Origin: Vibrio cholerae ATCC 14035
Lineage (GTDB): Bacteria > Pseudomonadota > Gammaproteobacteria > Enterobacterales > Vibrionaceae
Direction: 5' to 3'
DNA length: 32,000 nt
Assembly: GCF_000621645.1 (NCBI RefSeq)
Contig: NZ_JHXR01000015.1
Span: forward strand, 111,418-143,417
Under the pieces are notes generated by a model that saw nothing but the letters and a program-made list of their open reading frames with translations, ran no database searches and was not told where the DNA came from. Position 1 is the stretch's first letter; each line of letters begins with the position of its first letter. This document shows, piece by piece, positions 9,548 to 17,423 of this stretch. The translations under genes and the position numbers were made by a program.

Positions 9548-10600
9548 TTAAAAAACAAACTGATAGCGCGTTTGATAGCGATAGACTTCTCCGGGTTGCA
9601 GGATGCAGCTCGGTTGCAGCCATTCTGGATGATGAGGGGAATCGGGTAAAAACTGCGTTTCTAAAGCGAGGCCAGCGTAATCCTTGTAGTGCGAACCAAG
9701 GCGATTGGGTGTTCCCGCCAACCAATTACCGGTATAAAGCTGCATAGCAGGTTTATCCGTACTGACGAGCAGTTGCACTTTCTCATCGGCAGACCACACC
9801 TTAGCGATAGGCGTGTGCATATCTCGCTCTGGCGCAAAGAAATAACTGTGGTCATAGCCTTTCGCACGGATTTGCTGTTTATCTTGAAGCAAATCCTCCC
9901 CAACCCTTTTCGGTTGAGTGAAATCAAAACCGCTACCCAGTACCGATTGCAACTCCCCGAGCGGGATACCCGAGGCATCCGTTGGTAAGAACTGCTTTGC
10001 ATCAATCCAGAGCTGATGATTGAGGCAATCACTACCTTGCTCAGCGCCATTCAAATTAAAGTAGGCGTGGTTCGTTAGATTCACGGCGGTCGCACGATCG
10101 GTGGTGGCTTGGTAGTCGATATTCACCCCACCTTGCTCATCCAACCGGTAGGTCACTGCAACGTGGAGGTTGCCCGGAAAGCCTTGTTCTCCGTCAGCAG
10201 AAAGCAGTTGAAAGGTCACATGCTGTGCGCTTTGCTGCGTGATTTGCCAGCGACGACGATCAAACCCTACAACGCCACCGTGTAACGTATTGCCAGCTTG
10301 ATTGACCGACAAAGCATACGTTTGTGTCCCTATCTTGAGTTCGCCACGCGCAATCCGATTGGCATAACGCCCCACCGTTGCGCCTAAATAACTGCCTTGG
10401 CGCACAAAATCATCCATGCTGCTTACGCCAAGTAGCACTTCTCTTGATTCATCGCCCATCGGTAGAGTGCAACTGAGCCAAGTGGCACCGATGTCCATCA
10501 CTACCACACGCATACCGCGGCGGTTAGTGAGCTCAATAAGCTTGGCAGGCTGACCATCATAGGCGACCTGTGCTGTCATGCTGGTGAATAACGCGTTCAT
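9548..10600 (-). CDS. galM: Aldose 1-epimerase (galactose mutarotase)
   Basis: 350-aa ORF with GalM motifs (GRYANRI, NTLHGG, TNHAYFNL, HSYF, ALETQ.LPDSP), immediately downstream of galK on the same strand. Confidence 0.93.
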   Translation of the reverse strand: MNALFTSMTAQVAYDGQPAKLIELTNRRGMRVVVMDIGATWLSCTLPMGDESREVLLGVSSMDDFVRQGSYLGATVGRYANRIARGELKIGTQTYALSVNQAGNTLHGGVVGFDRRRWQITQQSAQHVTFQLLSADGEQGFPGNLHVAVTYRLDEQGGVNIDYQATTDRATAVNLTNHAYFNLNGAEQGSDCLNHQLWIDAKQFLPTDASGIPLGELQSVLGSGFDFTQPKRVGEDLLQDKQQIRAKGYDHSYFFAPERDMHTPIAKVWSADEKVQLLVSTDKPAMQLYTGNWLAGTPNRLGSHYKDYAGLALETQFLPDSPHHPEWLQPSCILQPGEVYRYQTRYQFVF

Positions 10601-10608
10601 CTCTAACC

Positions 10609-11769
10609 TTATGCAAGCTCAACCAATCCCGCGCCCGAAGTTGCATGGCAGACATAGATCGATGCCTTCAGCCCTGTCGCAGCTTCATAGTGTTCAGCCA
10701 CCGCTTGCTGCACCGCTTCTACTTGCTTCGGGTGTACAAGGGCCACCACACAACCACCAAAGCCGCCGCCAGTCATCCGCACACCGCCTTGATCGCCAAT
10801 CACAGATTGAACAATCTCGACCAGCGTATCTATCTCCTTGACAGTGATTTCAAAATCATCACGCATCGAAGCGTGAGAAGCGGCCATTAACTCGCCTAAG
10901 CGCGGCATGTTTCCTTCACGCAGGGCCTGAGCGGCATGTAAAGTGCGTTCATTTTCCGTGATGACATGGCGCGCACGTTTGGCCACCACAGGATCAAGTT
11001 CGGCCTGCTTTGCAGTCAATTGCGCCAAAGTGACATCGCGTAGCGCTTTCACACCAAAAGTTTTGGCTGCGGCTTCGCATTGCTGACGACGGGTATTGTA
11101 TTCACTCTCCACCAAGCCGCGTTTTTTATTGGAATTGAGGATCACCACTGCCATCTGCTCTGGCATCGCAACGGCCTCGGTTTGCAAGCTACGACAATCA
11201 AGCAACATGGCATGGTTCGCTTGCCCCTGCGCCGAGATCATCTGATCCATAATGCCGCAGTTACAACCGACAAACTGGTTCTCCGCTTGCTGGCCATTGA
11301 GGGCGATCTCCGCCTGACTGATTTTTAGCTGGTAAAGCTCTTTAAAAGTTTGCCCAATCACGACTTCTAAAGCCGCCGAGGAACTGAGACCCGCCCCTTG
11401 AGGTACGTTACCTGAGACCACAATATCTGCCCCATTAAACTCAAAACCACGTTCAATCAAGCACTTGATTACACCGCGAATATAGTTCGACCACATTTTT
11501 TTAGGCTGAAAGGCAATCTCTTCTCGCAGGTCAAATTCGTCCGTGTCATTGTCGTAATCGACGGCGACCAAACGCACTAGAAAGTCTTCCCGTTTGGCTG
11601 CAGCCACGACGGTTTGGTAGTTAATCGCGCAAGGCAGCACAAAGCCATCGTTGTAGTCGGTGTGCTCGCCGATCAAATTGACCCGCCCCGGAGCTTGCAC
11701 AAGGTGCGTAGCATCATAGCCAAAGAGTTGTGCAAAGGTTGTAGTCACGTTTTGGATTAATTCAGACAT
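10609..11769 (-). CDS. galK: Galactokinase
   Basis: GHMP-kinase motifs are present ([34 protein letters not shown]). Start trimmed to ATG 11767-11769 (MSELIQNV...); the 19 upstream codons of ORF 10609..11826 look like read-through of the spacer. Confidence 0.93.
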   Translation of the reverse strand: MSELIQNVTTTFAQLFGYDATHLVQAPGRVNLIGEHTDYNDGFVLPCAINYQTVVAAAKREDFLVRLVAVDYDNDTDEFDLREEIAFQPKKMWSNYIRGVIKCLIERGFEFNGADIVVSGNVPQGAGLSSSAALEVVIGQTFKELYQLKISQAEIALNGQQAENQFVGCNCGIMDQMISAQGQANHAMLLDCRSLQTEAVAMPEQMAVVILNSNKKRGLVESEYNTRRQQCEAAAKTFGVKALRDVTLAQLTAKQAELDPVVAKRARHVITENERTLHAAQALREGNMPRLGELMAASHASMRDDFEITVKEIDTLVEIVQSVIGDQGGVRMTGGGFGGCVVALVHPKQVEAVQQAVAEHYEAATGLKASIYVCHATSGAGLVELA

Positions 11770-11834
11770 AGGGCTTCTCACTTTAAATGGGGAGAGCGAC
11801 GCTGGCGTTGGTGCTGCGCCGCTCAAAATATCTG

Positions 11835-12899
11835 TTATTGATGGTTATGCTGTTCTTTGTAGTGAATATCACTCACCGCGCGTAAACGCTCTGCGGCCTG
11901 CTCTGCGGTTAAATCACGTTGGCTTTCTGCCAGCATTTCATAGCCAACCATAAACTTGCGAATGGTTGCGCTACGTAGCAGCGGCGGATAAAACAGCGCG
12001 TGCAACTGCCAGTGGTTAATGTCGGTACCCGCTTCAAAAAATGGCGCAAAGTGCCAGCCCATCGAATACGGAAAAGCACATTGGAATAAATTGTCGTAGC
12101 GGCTAGTCAGTTTTTTGATGGCAAGTGCAAGATCATCACGCTGCTCATCATTGAGCTCACTCATGCGGCGAATATGAGTTTTGGGCAACAGCAGGGTTTC
12201 AAACGGCCAAGCCGCCCAATAAGGCACCACCGCTAACCAATGTTCGGTTTCCACCACGGTTCTCGCGCCATCTTTTAGCTCCGCTTGTACGTAATCGACT
12301 AGCAAATTGCGGCCATATTGTTGGTAATAAGCCTTGAGGTGCTGCTCTTTGCGTTCTATTTCGTTGGGTAAAAAACTGTTCGCCCAGATCTGCCCATGGG
12401 GATGCGGCTGAGAGCAGCCCATAGTTTCACCTTTGTTCTCAAAAGCTTGCACCCAAATATACTCTCTACCGAGCTCTTCGATTTGTTCGTTCCATGTCTC
12501 TATCACGCCACGAATCTTATGCACGGGTAACTCTGGCAGCGTTTTGTTGTGATCAGGTGAAAAACAGATCACCCGACTCAAACCGCGAACGCCTTGAGTT
12601 TTGAACAGCGGATTATCGGATTCTGGCGCTGCTGGAGAATCCGTCATCAGCGCAGCAAAATCGTTATTGAACACATAAGTGCCGGTATAGTTGGGATTGA
12701 CATCCCCAGAAATACGAGCATTGGTTGGACACAAAAAGCATTGCGCATCATAGCTGGGCAACTCAGCGAGCGCCGGTTTCTCATCGGCCCCACTCCATGG
12801 ACGCTTTGCTCGGTGAGGTGAAACGAGGATCCACTGCCCAGTCAATGGGTTATATCGACGGTGTGGATGATCGACAGGATTAAACTTAAGCTCAGACAT
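11835..12899 (-). CDS. galT: Galactose-1-phosphate uridylyltransferase
   Basis: GalT motifs are present ([23 protein letters not shown] zinc site, active-site HPHGQ). Start trimmed to ATG 12897-12899 ([13 protein letters not shown]...). Confidence 0.93.
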   Translation of the reverse strand: MSELKFNPVDHPHRRYNPLTGQWILVSPHRAKRPWSGADEKPALAELPSYDAQCFLCPTNARISGDVNPNYTGTYVFNNDFAALMTDSPAAPESDNPLFKTQGVRGLSRVICFSPDHNKTLPELPVHKIRGVIETWNEQIEELGREYIWVQAFENKGETMGCSQPHPHGQIWANSFLPNEIERKEQHLKAYYQQYGRNLLVDYVQAELKDGARTVVETEHWLAVVPYWAAWPFETLLLPKTHIRRMSELNDEQRDDLALAIKKLTSRYDNLFQCAFPYSMGWHFAPFFEAGTDINHWQLHALFYPPLLRSATIRKFMVGYEMLAESQRDLTAEQAAERLRAVSDIHYKEQHNHQ

Positions 12900-12997
12900 G
12901 AACACTCTCTCACGCCCTCCACTGCAACAATCGAGTGAGAAGGCAGTTAGCAAAGATCAAACAGTAGGCTCACGACGCACAGTCCAGCCTTTTACCA

Positions 12998-13006
12998 AGC
13001 ATAGCA
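12998..13006 (-). promoter_or_regulatory. Extended -10 element of the gal promoter (TGcTATGCT on the minus strand)
   Basis: The minus strand reads TGCTATGCT, resembling the E. coli gal extended -10 promoters. It sits ~42 bp downstream of the centre of the CRP-like site, giving class II spacing. Confidence 0.5.
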
Positions 13007-13025
13007 ATCCTACTATCGAACATTC

Positions 13026-13041
13026 TGTGAAGTGAATCGCA
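13026..13041. promoter_or_regulatory. CRP-binding site candidate upstream of galT
   Basis: TGTGA-agtgaa-TCGCA matches 9/10 positions of the TGTGA-N6-TCACA core. It lies directly between the GalR-type operator and the -10, as at E. coli galP1. Confidence 0.55.
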
Positions 13042-13043
13042 CA

Positions 13044-13059
13044 GTGTAAACGCTTTCAC
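13044..13059. promoter_or_regulatory. GalR/GalS-type (LacI-family) operator, OE-like
   Basis: GTGTAAACGCTTTCAC differs at 2 of 16 positions from E. coli galOE (GTGTAAACGATTCCAC, as I recall it). It is an imperfect dyad centred on CG, and its centre is 18 bp upstream of the CRP-site centre. Confidence 0.7.
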
Positions 13060-13258
13060 AAGTTATCACTAAGGCAGCCAAACTCATCTGCTCTAAACGC
13101 CGCATATTGTGAAGTCTGATAAAAAGGTAATGGATGTCAAAGCAATAGCAGACAAGGAACACCCAATCAACGGGAATGGTTGACGGTCAGTGACAGCGTA
13201 TTGCGCGTGGCACTCCGCCCAATTGAGGGAGAAATGTCATGCTCTCTTCAAGCATCAA

Positions 13259-13274
13259 AGTTAAACGTTTACAC
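13259..13274. promoter_or_regulatory. Second, distal GalR-type operator-like dyad
   Basis: The minus strand reads GTGTAAACGTTTAACT, with the same GTGTAAACG half-site and a perfect inner 10-bp palindrome TAAACGTTTA. It is centred 215 bp upstream of the proximal operator. Confidence 0.4.
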
Positions 13275-13342
13275 AAGGCGTACAGGGCGAGTCAATCTGG
13301 TTACTGCACCTGCAACTCCAAATCGTTTAGGTATAGTGATAT

Positions 13343-14776
13343 TTAAGAGTCAAAGGCGTAATCATCCAACTGAATTTTCGGAGCGCGCAACGCATTCAAT
13401 GCCCCTAGCAACGCAAGCAGCGCCGCAACCGCAAAGCCAATTTGAAAAGCATGCAAAATTTCACTTTGTGGCAATGCGGCAATCGCCTGCAAACCACTGT
13501 TTGGCGATAAACCGGGAAGTAAGGAGTAAATCAATGTACCAAAGAAAGCGGTGCCGACCGATGCCCCTAACGAGCGGCTCAGTGAAGCCATCGCGGTGAT
13601 CCGCCCTAAATTGGCTTTGCCTGCCAATGTTTGAACTAAAACTTGGGTTGAGGGCATCACAGTGCCTAAGCCTAAACCACATAAGGCAGCAATCGCACTC
13701 ACCACGGGCGCAGAGAGTGAAAACATCGCCAACACAGCAAAGGCGCAGCTACTTAAACTCATACCAAACACAGGCAAAAATTTGGGCACTCCTGTTTTAG
13801 CAATCACTTTACCGGTCGTATAGGCGCCACCAATAATGCCGCATGACAGGGGGATAAGCAGTAGTCCCGATTGTGCTGCGTTAACTCGTAAGCCGAGCTG
13901 TAAAAAAATCGGTAAAAAGAAGATCAGCGCAAACAAACAAGCCGCGAAAATGAACGTGGAGAGCAACGGAATATGTATTTCACGACGCGCCAATAAACGG
14001 AGTGGTAAAAAGGAAGCCGTGACTCGCTTTTGCTGGGCGATAAACAGCAAGCTCGTTAAAACAAATGCACTCACTAGGCTTATGCTGGTGACCGAGAACC
14101 ACGGAAAATAGTGCCCGCCAGCCGAAAGCCAATAGATGATGAGAGTCATCATACTGGGAAACAGGATAAGCCCAGCCACATCAATTGAAGCCTCAGACTT
14201 ACGCGAACTTTGCACAAATTGAAATCGTGCCAGTCGATACAAAGCGATGCCCACAAGCGGCAGGTTAAACCAAAACAGCCATTGCCAAGAAAGGTAGGTT
14301 ACCAATACACCACCTAACACTGGCCCCCCAATACTGGCCACCGCAAAAAGTGAGGAAAAATAGCCCTGAAAACGGGCACGCTCGCGGGGCGGTACTAATT
14401 CCCCGATCAAGGCTTGTGATAAGCTCATTAAGCCGCCGCTACCCAGTCCTTGTACAATCCGACCAGCCACCAACCACGGCATATTCATTGCAAAAGCACA
14501 AATGACGGAACCTAAGGCAAAAATACTCAGCGCAATCATTAACATCGGTTTACGTCCATACTGATCCCCTAACCAGCCGTAAACCGGAACACTGGCTGCA
14601 CTTGCCAGCATGTAACCAATCGCAATCCACGAAGAAAGTTGCAAGTTGCCGAGATCGCGCACAATCGCAGGCGTCGCGGTAGCCAGCAAGGTTTGATCAA
14701 CGGCCGCCAAAAACATTGGCAAAAAAACCGTAAAAAAGATGCCCAAAAAGGTTTTTCTATCTACAGGCTGCGACAT
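13343..14776 (-). CDS. MFS transporter, 14-TMS DHA2 (EmrB/QacA-like) drug:H+ antiporter family
   Basis: 477-aa highly hydrophobic ORF with about 14 predicted helices and the MFS motif A region (GWLGDQYGRKPM). GAGGAAGG RBS lies upstream of ATG 14774-14776. Confidence 0.88.
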   Translation of the reverse strand: MSQPVDRKTFLGIFFTVFLPMFLAAVDQTLLATATPAIVRDLGNLQLSSWIAIGYMLASAASVPVYGWLGDQYGRKPMLMIALSIFALGSVICAFAMNMPWLVAGRIVQGLGSGGLMSLSQALIGELVPPRERARFQGYFSSLFAVASIGGPVLGGVLVTYLSWQWLFWFNLPLVGIALYRLARFQFVQSSRKSEASIDVAGLILFPSMMTLIIYWLSAGGHYFPWFSVTSISLVSAFVLTSLLFIAQQKRVTASFLPLRLLARREIHIPLLSTFIFAACLFALIFFLPIFLQLGLRVNAAQSGLLLIPLSCGIIGGAYTTGKVIAKTGVPKFLPVFGMSLSSCAFAVLAMFSLSAPVVSAIAALCGLGLGTVMPSTQVLVQTLAGKANLGRITAMASLSRSLGASVGTAFFGTLIYSLLPGLSPNSGLQAIAALPQSEILHAFQIGFAVAALLALLGALNALRAPKIQLDDYAFDS

Positions 14777-14987
14777 ACCTTCCTCATCGATAACTCACTA
14801 GAACACGACAACATCCACTTAAGATATTCATAAAATCAGCATGATGTGGACATCTCGCGCTCAAGCTTACTCCTTAAATTTCGTCAACTGAATCAAAAAA
14901 GCCGATAAAAATTAAACCTATGATTTGACAGTGAGGAGTCAACTTACCCATTATTCAAAGACTAGCCTAGACCACCAAGGAACCGTC

Positions 14988-15749
14988 ATGCTGAGCAACG
15001 GATACTTAAAACGTTATGTGCGCTGCTGCTTGCTCATCATAGGATTATGTCCCGCGCTGCTGTATGCACAATCCTCCCCCAACGCAGAGGATAAACTCGT
15101 GCGTATTGCATCCGGCGAATGGCCACCTTTTATCGGCAGTGATTTACCTAACTATGGTTTTGTTGGTGAAATCATCACCCAAGCTTTTACCAAGCAAGGT
15201 TATCAAGTGGAATTCCAGTTTTTACCATGGGCAAGAGCTTATGCTGAAACCCAACGCGGTTTGTACGATGCCACTGCGATCTGGATGCACAGCGCGGAGC
15301 GTGAAATCGATTTTTTCTATAGCTTGCCAGTGAGCCAAGAAGAGTTTGTTTTCTTTTATCCCGTTAAAAAGCCATTTGATTGGAAAACCTTAAGCGATTT
15401 AGCCCCTTATAAGTTAGGCGGCGTACTGGCCTACAGCTATGGTAAAGAGTTGGATGCCCTACTCGACTCTGGCGTACTGACGATGGAACGCGATGGCTTA
15501 GCGGCAAAAAATCTCGAAAAACTCGCTAAAGGCCGAGTCGATCTGGTACCAGAGGAAAAACATATTGGCTACTACCTCATCAACCAACAAATTCCACATT
15601 TGCAAGATTTGATCACCCACCACCCCACACCTTTTCTCACTAACAGTAATTATCTGCTGTTTCCCAAGCAAAGTGCGCGCAGCCAAGAGTTATTAGGCGT
15701 GTTTAATCATTACCTCGTTCAAACGCAAAAGAAGAAGAAAAAACAGTAG
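14988..15749 (+). CDS. Orphan periplasmic substrate-binding protein (family-3 / PBP2-like), paralog 1
   Basis: Start trimmed to ATG 14988 (AAGGA RBS; MLSNGYLKRYVRCCLLIIGLCPALLYA is a signal peptide). The PBP type-2 pattern is present (WPPF..., LPWARAYAETQRGLYDA). There is no adjacent permease or ATPase. The C-terminus ends in KKKKKQ. Confidence 0.75.
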   Translation: MLSNGYLKRYVRCCLLIIGLCPALLYAQSSPNAEDKLVRIASGEWPPFIGSDLPNYGFVGEIITQAFTKQGYQVEFQFLPWARAYAETQRGLYDATAIWMHSAEREIDFFYSLPVSQEEFVFFYPVKKPFDWKTLSDLAPYKLGGVLAYSYGKELDALLDSGVLTMERDGLAAKNLEKLAKGRVDLVPEEKHIGYYLINQQIPHLQDLITHHPTPFLTNSNYLLFPKQSARSQELLGVFNHYLVQTQKKKKKQ

Positions 15750-15869
15750 CGATAGACTTGGAATATCAGGTAAGAGGCATGTGAACTCATACCCATGAGC
15801 ATAGATAGACCAACAATCGGCGTTGCCAAGAGCACAGCAGCCGCAAATAGTTGTAGTGATGAAAAGCAC

Positions 15870-15892
15870 AAAGCCCGCATTAAGCGGGCTTT
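15870..15892 (-). terminator. Intrinsic terminator downstream of the tRNA-Val pair
   Basis: 9-bp stem AAAGCCCGC/GCGGGCTTT with a 5-nt loop. On the minus strand it is followed by a U-rich tract (GTGCTTTTC), 27 nt after the 3' CCA of the distal tRNA. Confidence 0.6.
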
Positions 15893-15918
15893 GTGGGGTG
15901 TTCATCTTGAACAAATTC

Positions 15919-15995
15919 TGGTGCGTCTAAGTGGACTCGAACCACCGACCCCCACCATGTCAAGGTGGTGCTCTAACCAACTGAGCTATAGACGC
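15919..15995 (-). tRNA. tRNA-Val (anticodon GAC), copy 1
   Basis: The minus strand reads GCGTCTATAGCTCAGTTGGTTAGAGCACCACCTTGACATGGTGGGGGTCGGTGGTTCGAGTCCACTTAGACGCACCA. This is 77 nt with a full cloverleaf, anticodon loop TTGACAT and an encoded CCA. Confidence 0.95.
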
Positions 15996-16016
15996 ATACT
16001 GTTTTTAAGCTTCTCA

Positions 16017-16093
16017 TGGTGCGTCCGAGTGGACTCGAACCACCGACCCCCACCATGTCAAGGTGGTGCTCTAACCAACTGAGCTACGGACGC
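16017..16093 (-). tRNA. tRNA-Val (anticodon GAC), copy 2
   Basis: Same 77-nt sequence except acceptor-stem pairs 6:67 and 7:66 (GCGTCCG...CGGACGC). It matches E. coli tRNA-Val(GAC) as I recall it and has an encoded CCA. Confidence 0.95.
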
Positions 16094-16113
16094 ATCGCTT
16101 GAGAACGAGGTGG

Positions 16114-16142
16114 ATATTAGCGGCAGTTTTTCTGACGTGCAA
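16114..16142 (-). promoter_or_regulatory. Sigma-70 promoter of the tRNA-Val operon
   Basis: The minus strand reads TTGCAC-17 nt-TAATAT followed by a GC-rich discriminator (CCACCTCG), ~14 nt before the mature tRNA 5' end. The A/T-rich tract upstream (16143-16220) resembles an UP element or FIS region of stable-RNA promoters. Confidence 0.6.
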
Positions 16143-16293
16143 GCCCAATTTCTTTGTTTTTGAATCGTTTGGCTTTTCTGTCATCATTTTGATGTTTTTT
16201 TGTGCTTTTAGTGTTCTTTTACGGCCTGGATTTACTGAACCGCGAAGAGTTTGCAGAATTAGAGCGCCGTCTACTTTTGTGACATGCATTCAA

Positions 16294-16307
16294 GATCAAT
16301 ATTGATC
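16294..16307. promoter_or_regulatory. Perfect 14-bp palindrome GATCAATATTGATC (two GATC sites) upstream of the split GGDEF gene
   Basis: Exact dyad read directly from the sequence, centred ~65 bp upstream of ATG 16365. The binding factor is unknown. Confidence 0.3.
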
Positions 16308-16364
16308 AAGATATTCAACTCTGTACTATAAACGCTTACGTTTAGCCCCGGAGAGGGTGAGTGC

Positions 16365-16859
16365 ATGGATGCTAGGTTATTTGACAATACACAAACGCTT
16401 CGAGCTTCAGTGCTATGCGGCCTAAGTTTCTTTTGGGCTTTGATCGCTTTCTTGATGGCGCTGATCAATTTCTGGTCAACACGGTTAGTCGAACTCGCGT
16501 CACTTGAGCTCGTTTGCGCTTTCTACTCCCTGTATATTTATTCTCTGGCTAAGCGTCGTATTCATACCAAACAACAAGTTTATCTTTATTTGTTTATATT
16601 AACTGGCACAACGCTTTTCGCGACCTATATGAAGCCTTTAATGATGGGGGTTTATATTTGGAGCTGCTTCGTTCCCATCCTGTTTTACATTTTTACCTCT
16701 GCTCGCTTTGCCTTTGTTACCTCTTGCCTGTTTTTGATCATACAAAGCAACATTATTTACTGGCAGTTGCAGCAAACTGGCGCGGCCCTCTCTTGGTCAG
16801 TGCTCCTGCATCTTTGCTTATATCGGAATTTGGGTGGTTGCCCATGTTTACGAAGATAA
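16365..16859 (+). CDS. N-terminal polytopic membrane module (5-6 TM) of a diguanylate cyclase; reading frame terminates prematurely
   Basis: GGAGAGGG RBS precedes a 164-aa ORF with five clear TM helices. The last ~20 codons (LYRNLGGCPCLRR*) look out of frame. It overlaps the start of the GGDEF ORF in frame +1. Confidence 0.55.
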   Translation: MDARLFDNTQTLRASVLCGLSFFWALIAFLMALINFWSTRLVELASLELVCAFYSLYIYSLAKRRIHTKQQVYLYLFILTGTTLFATYMKPLMMGVYIWSCFVPILFYIFTSARFAFVTSCLFLIIQSNIIYWQLQQTGAALSWSVLLHLCLYRNLGGCPCLRR

Positions 16860-17421
16860 CCGACGTAAAATTGAAAACTCCCTACTCTATCTTGCTTCGC
16901 GTGATCCTTTAACTGGCGCACACAACCGTTTGTCACTCACTACATCATTTCAACATTTTGAACGGTTTAGTGATCAAACCTCACTCTGTTTGCTCGTCAT
17001 TGATTTGGATTTTTTCAAATCGATTAATGATCAATTCGGCCATGACACCGGAGATAAAGTGCTGATTGAAACCACTCGCCTTTTTACTCAAGTTGTCGGT
17101 GACAACAATTTATATCGAATTGGCGGTGAAGAGTTTTGCGTTACTTTATTTGATCAATCGCTTGAGCAAGCTGGGCGTGTTTGCGAACACTTAAGAGCGA
17201 TTGTCAGCCAGCATCTGTTCGCGTTTAGAGAGAAACGAGTACAAGTGACGATCAGTATCGGTGTGTGTGAATATCAAGCAGGAGATCAACTGAACGATCT
17301 CCTGAAATTTGCGGATATGGAATTGTATCGAGCCAAAAAGGCGGGAAGAAATCAGGTTCGCCTATTCAGACATGGCTCAACCAATCCTACTATGGTTAAT
17401 CAACAAACCGAGAACGTGTGA
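16834..17421 (+). CDS. GGDEF-domain (GGEEF) diguanylate cyclase catalytic module, probable 3' part of a frameshifted gene
   Basis: 195-aa ORF from GTG 16834 (RDPLTGAHNR, DLDFFKSINDQFGHDTGD, RIGGEEF; no RxxD I-site). The same frame is open back to 16738 and encodes a TM-helix end (CIFAYIGIWVVAHVY) with no start codon or RBS of its own. Confidence 0.75.
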   Translation: MVAHVYEDNRRKIENSLLYLASRDPLTGAHNRLSLTTSFQHFERFSDQTSLCLLVIDLDFFKSINDQFGHDTGDKVLIETTRLFTQVVGDNNLYRIGGEEFCVTLFDQSLEQAGRVCEHLRAIVSQHLFAFREKRVQVTISIGVCEYQAGDQLNDLLKFADMELYRAKKAGRNQVRLFRHGSTNPTMVNQQTENV

Positions 17422-17423
17422 GT

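Noticed and set aside
9160-9747. 195-aa plus-strand ORF running from inside acgB across the acgB/galM junction into the antisense of galM.
   Set aside because: It lies out of frame inside a well-supported GGDEF gene and antisense to galM. It has no recognisable motif or RBS. It is a typical shadow ORF.
13180-13599. 139-aa plus-strand ORF (TTG start) overlapping the 3' end of the MFS gene.
   Set aside because: It is antisense to a strongly supported membrane transporter and has a low-complexity, Arg/Ser-rich translation. The same reasoning applies to other antisense or out-of-frame ORFs in the track, for example 515-826, 1386-1592, 2830-3027, 4830-5105, 5955-6287, 9661-10050, 19107-19493, 22293-22568, 25703-26129 and 27167-27439.
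15729-15743. Run of five Lys codons (AAGAAGAAGAAAAAA) at the C-terminus of SBP paralog 1, considered as a slippage or phase-variation tract.
   Set aside because: The homopolymer part is only A6-A7 and sits 1 codon from the stop. A shift would change at most a few terminal residues. It is more likely just a basic tail.
16658-16912. Third-frame 84-aa ORF across the GGDEF frameshift region.
   Set aside because: Its translation has no GGDEF or TM continuity with either flanking segment. The frame-0 to frame-1 junction explains the gene structure without it.
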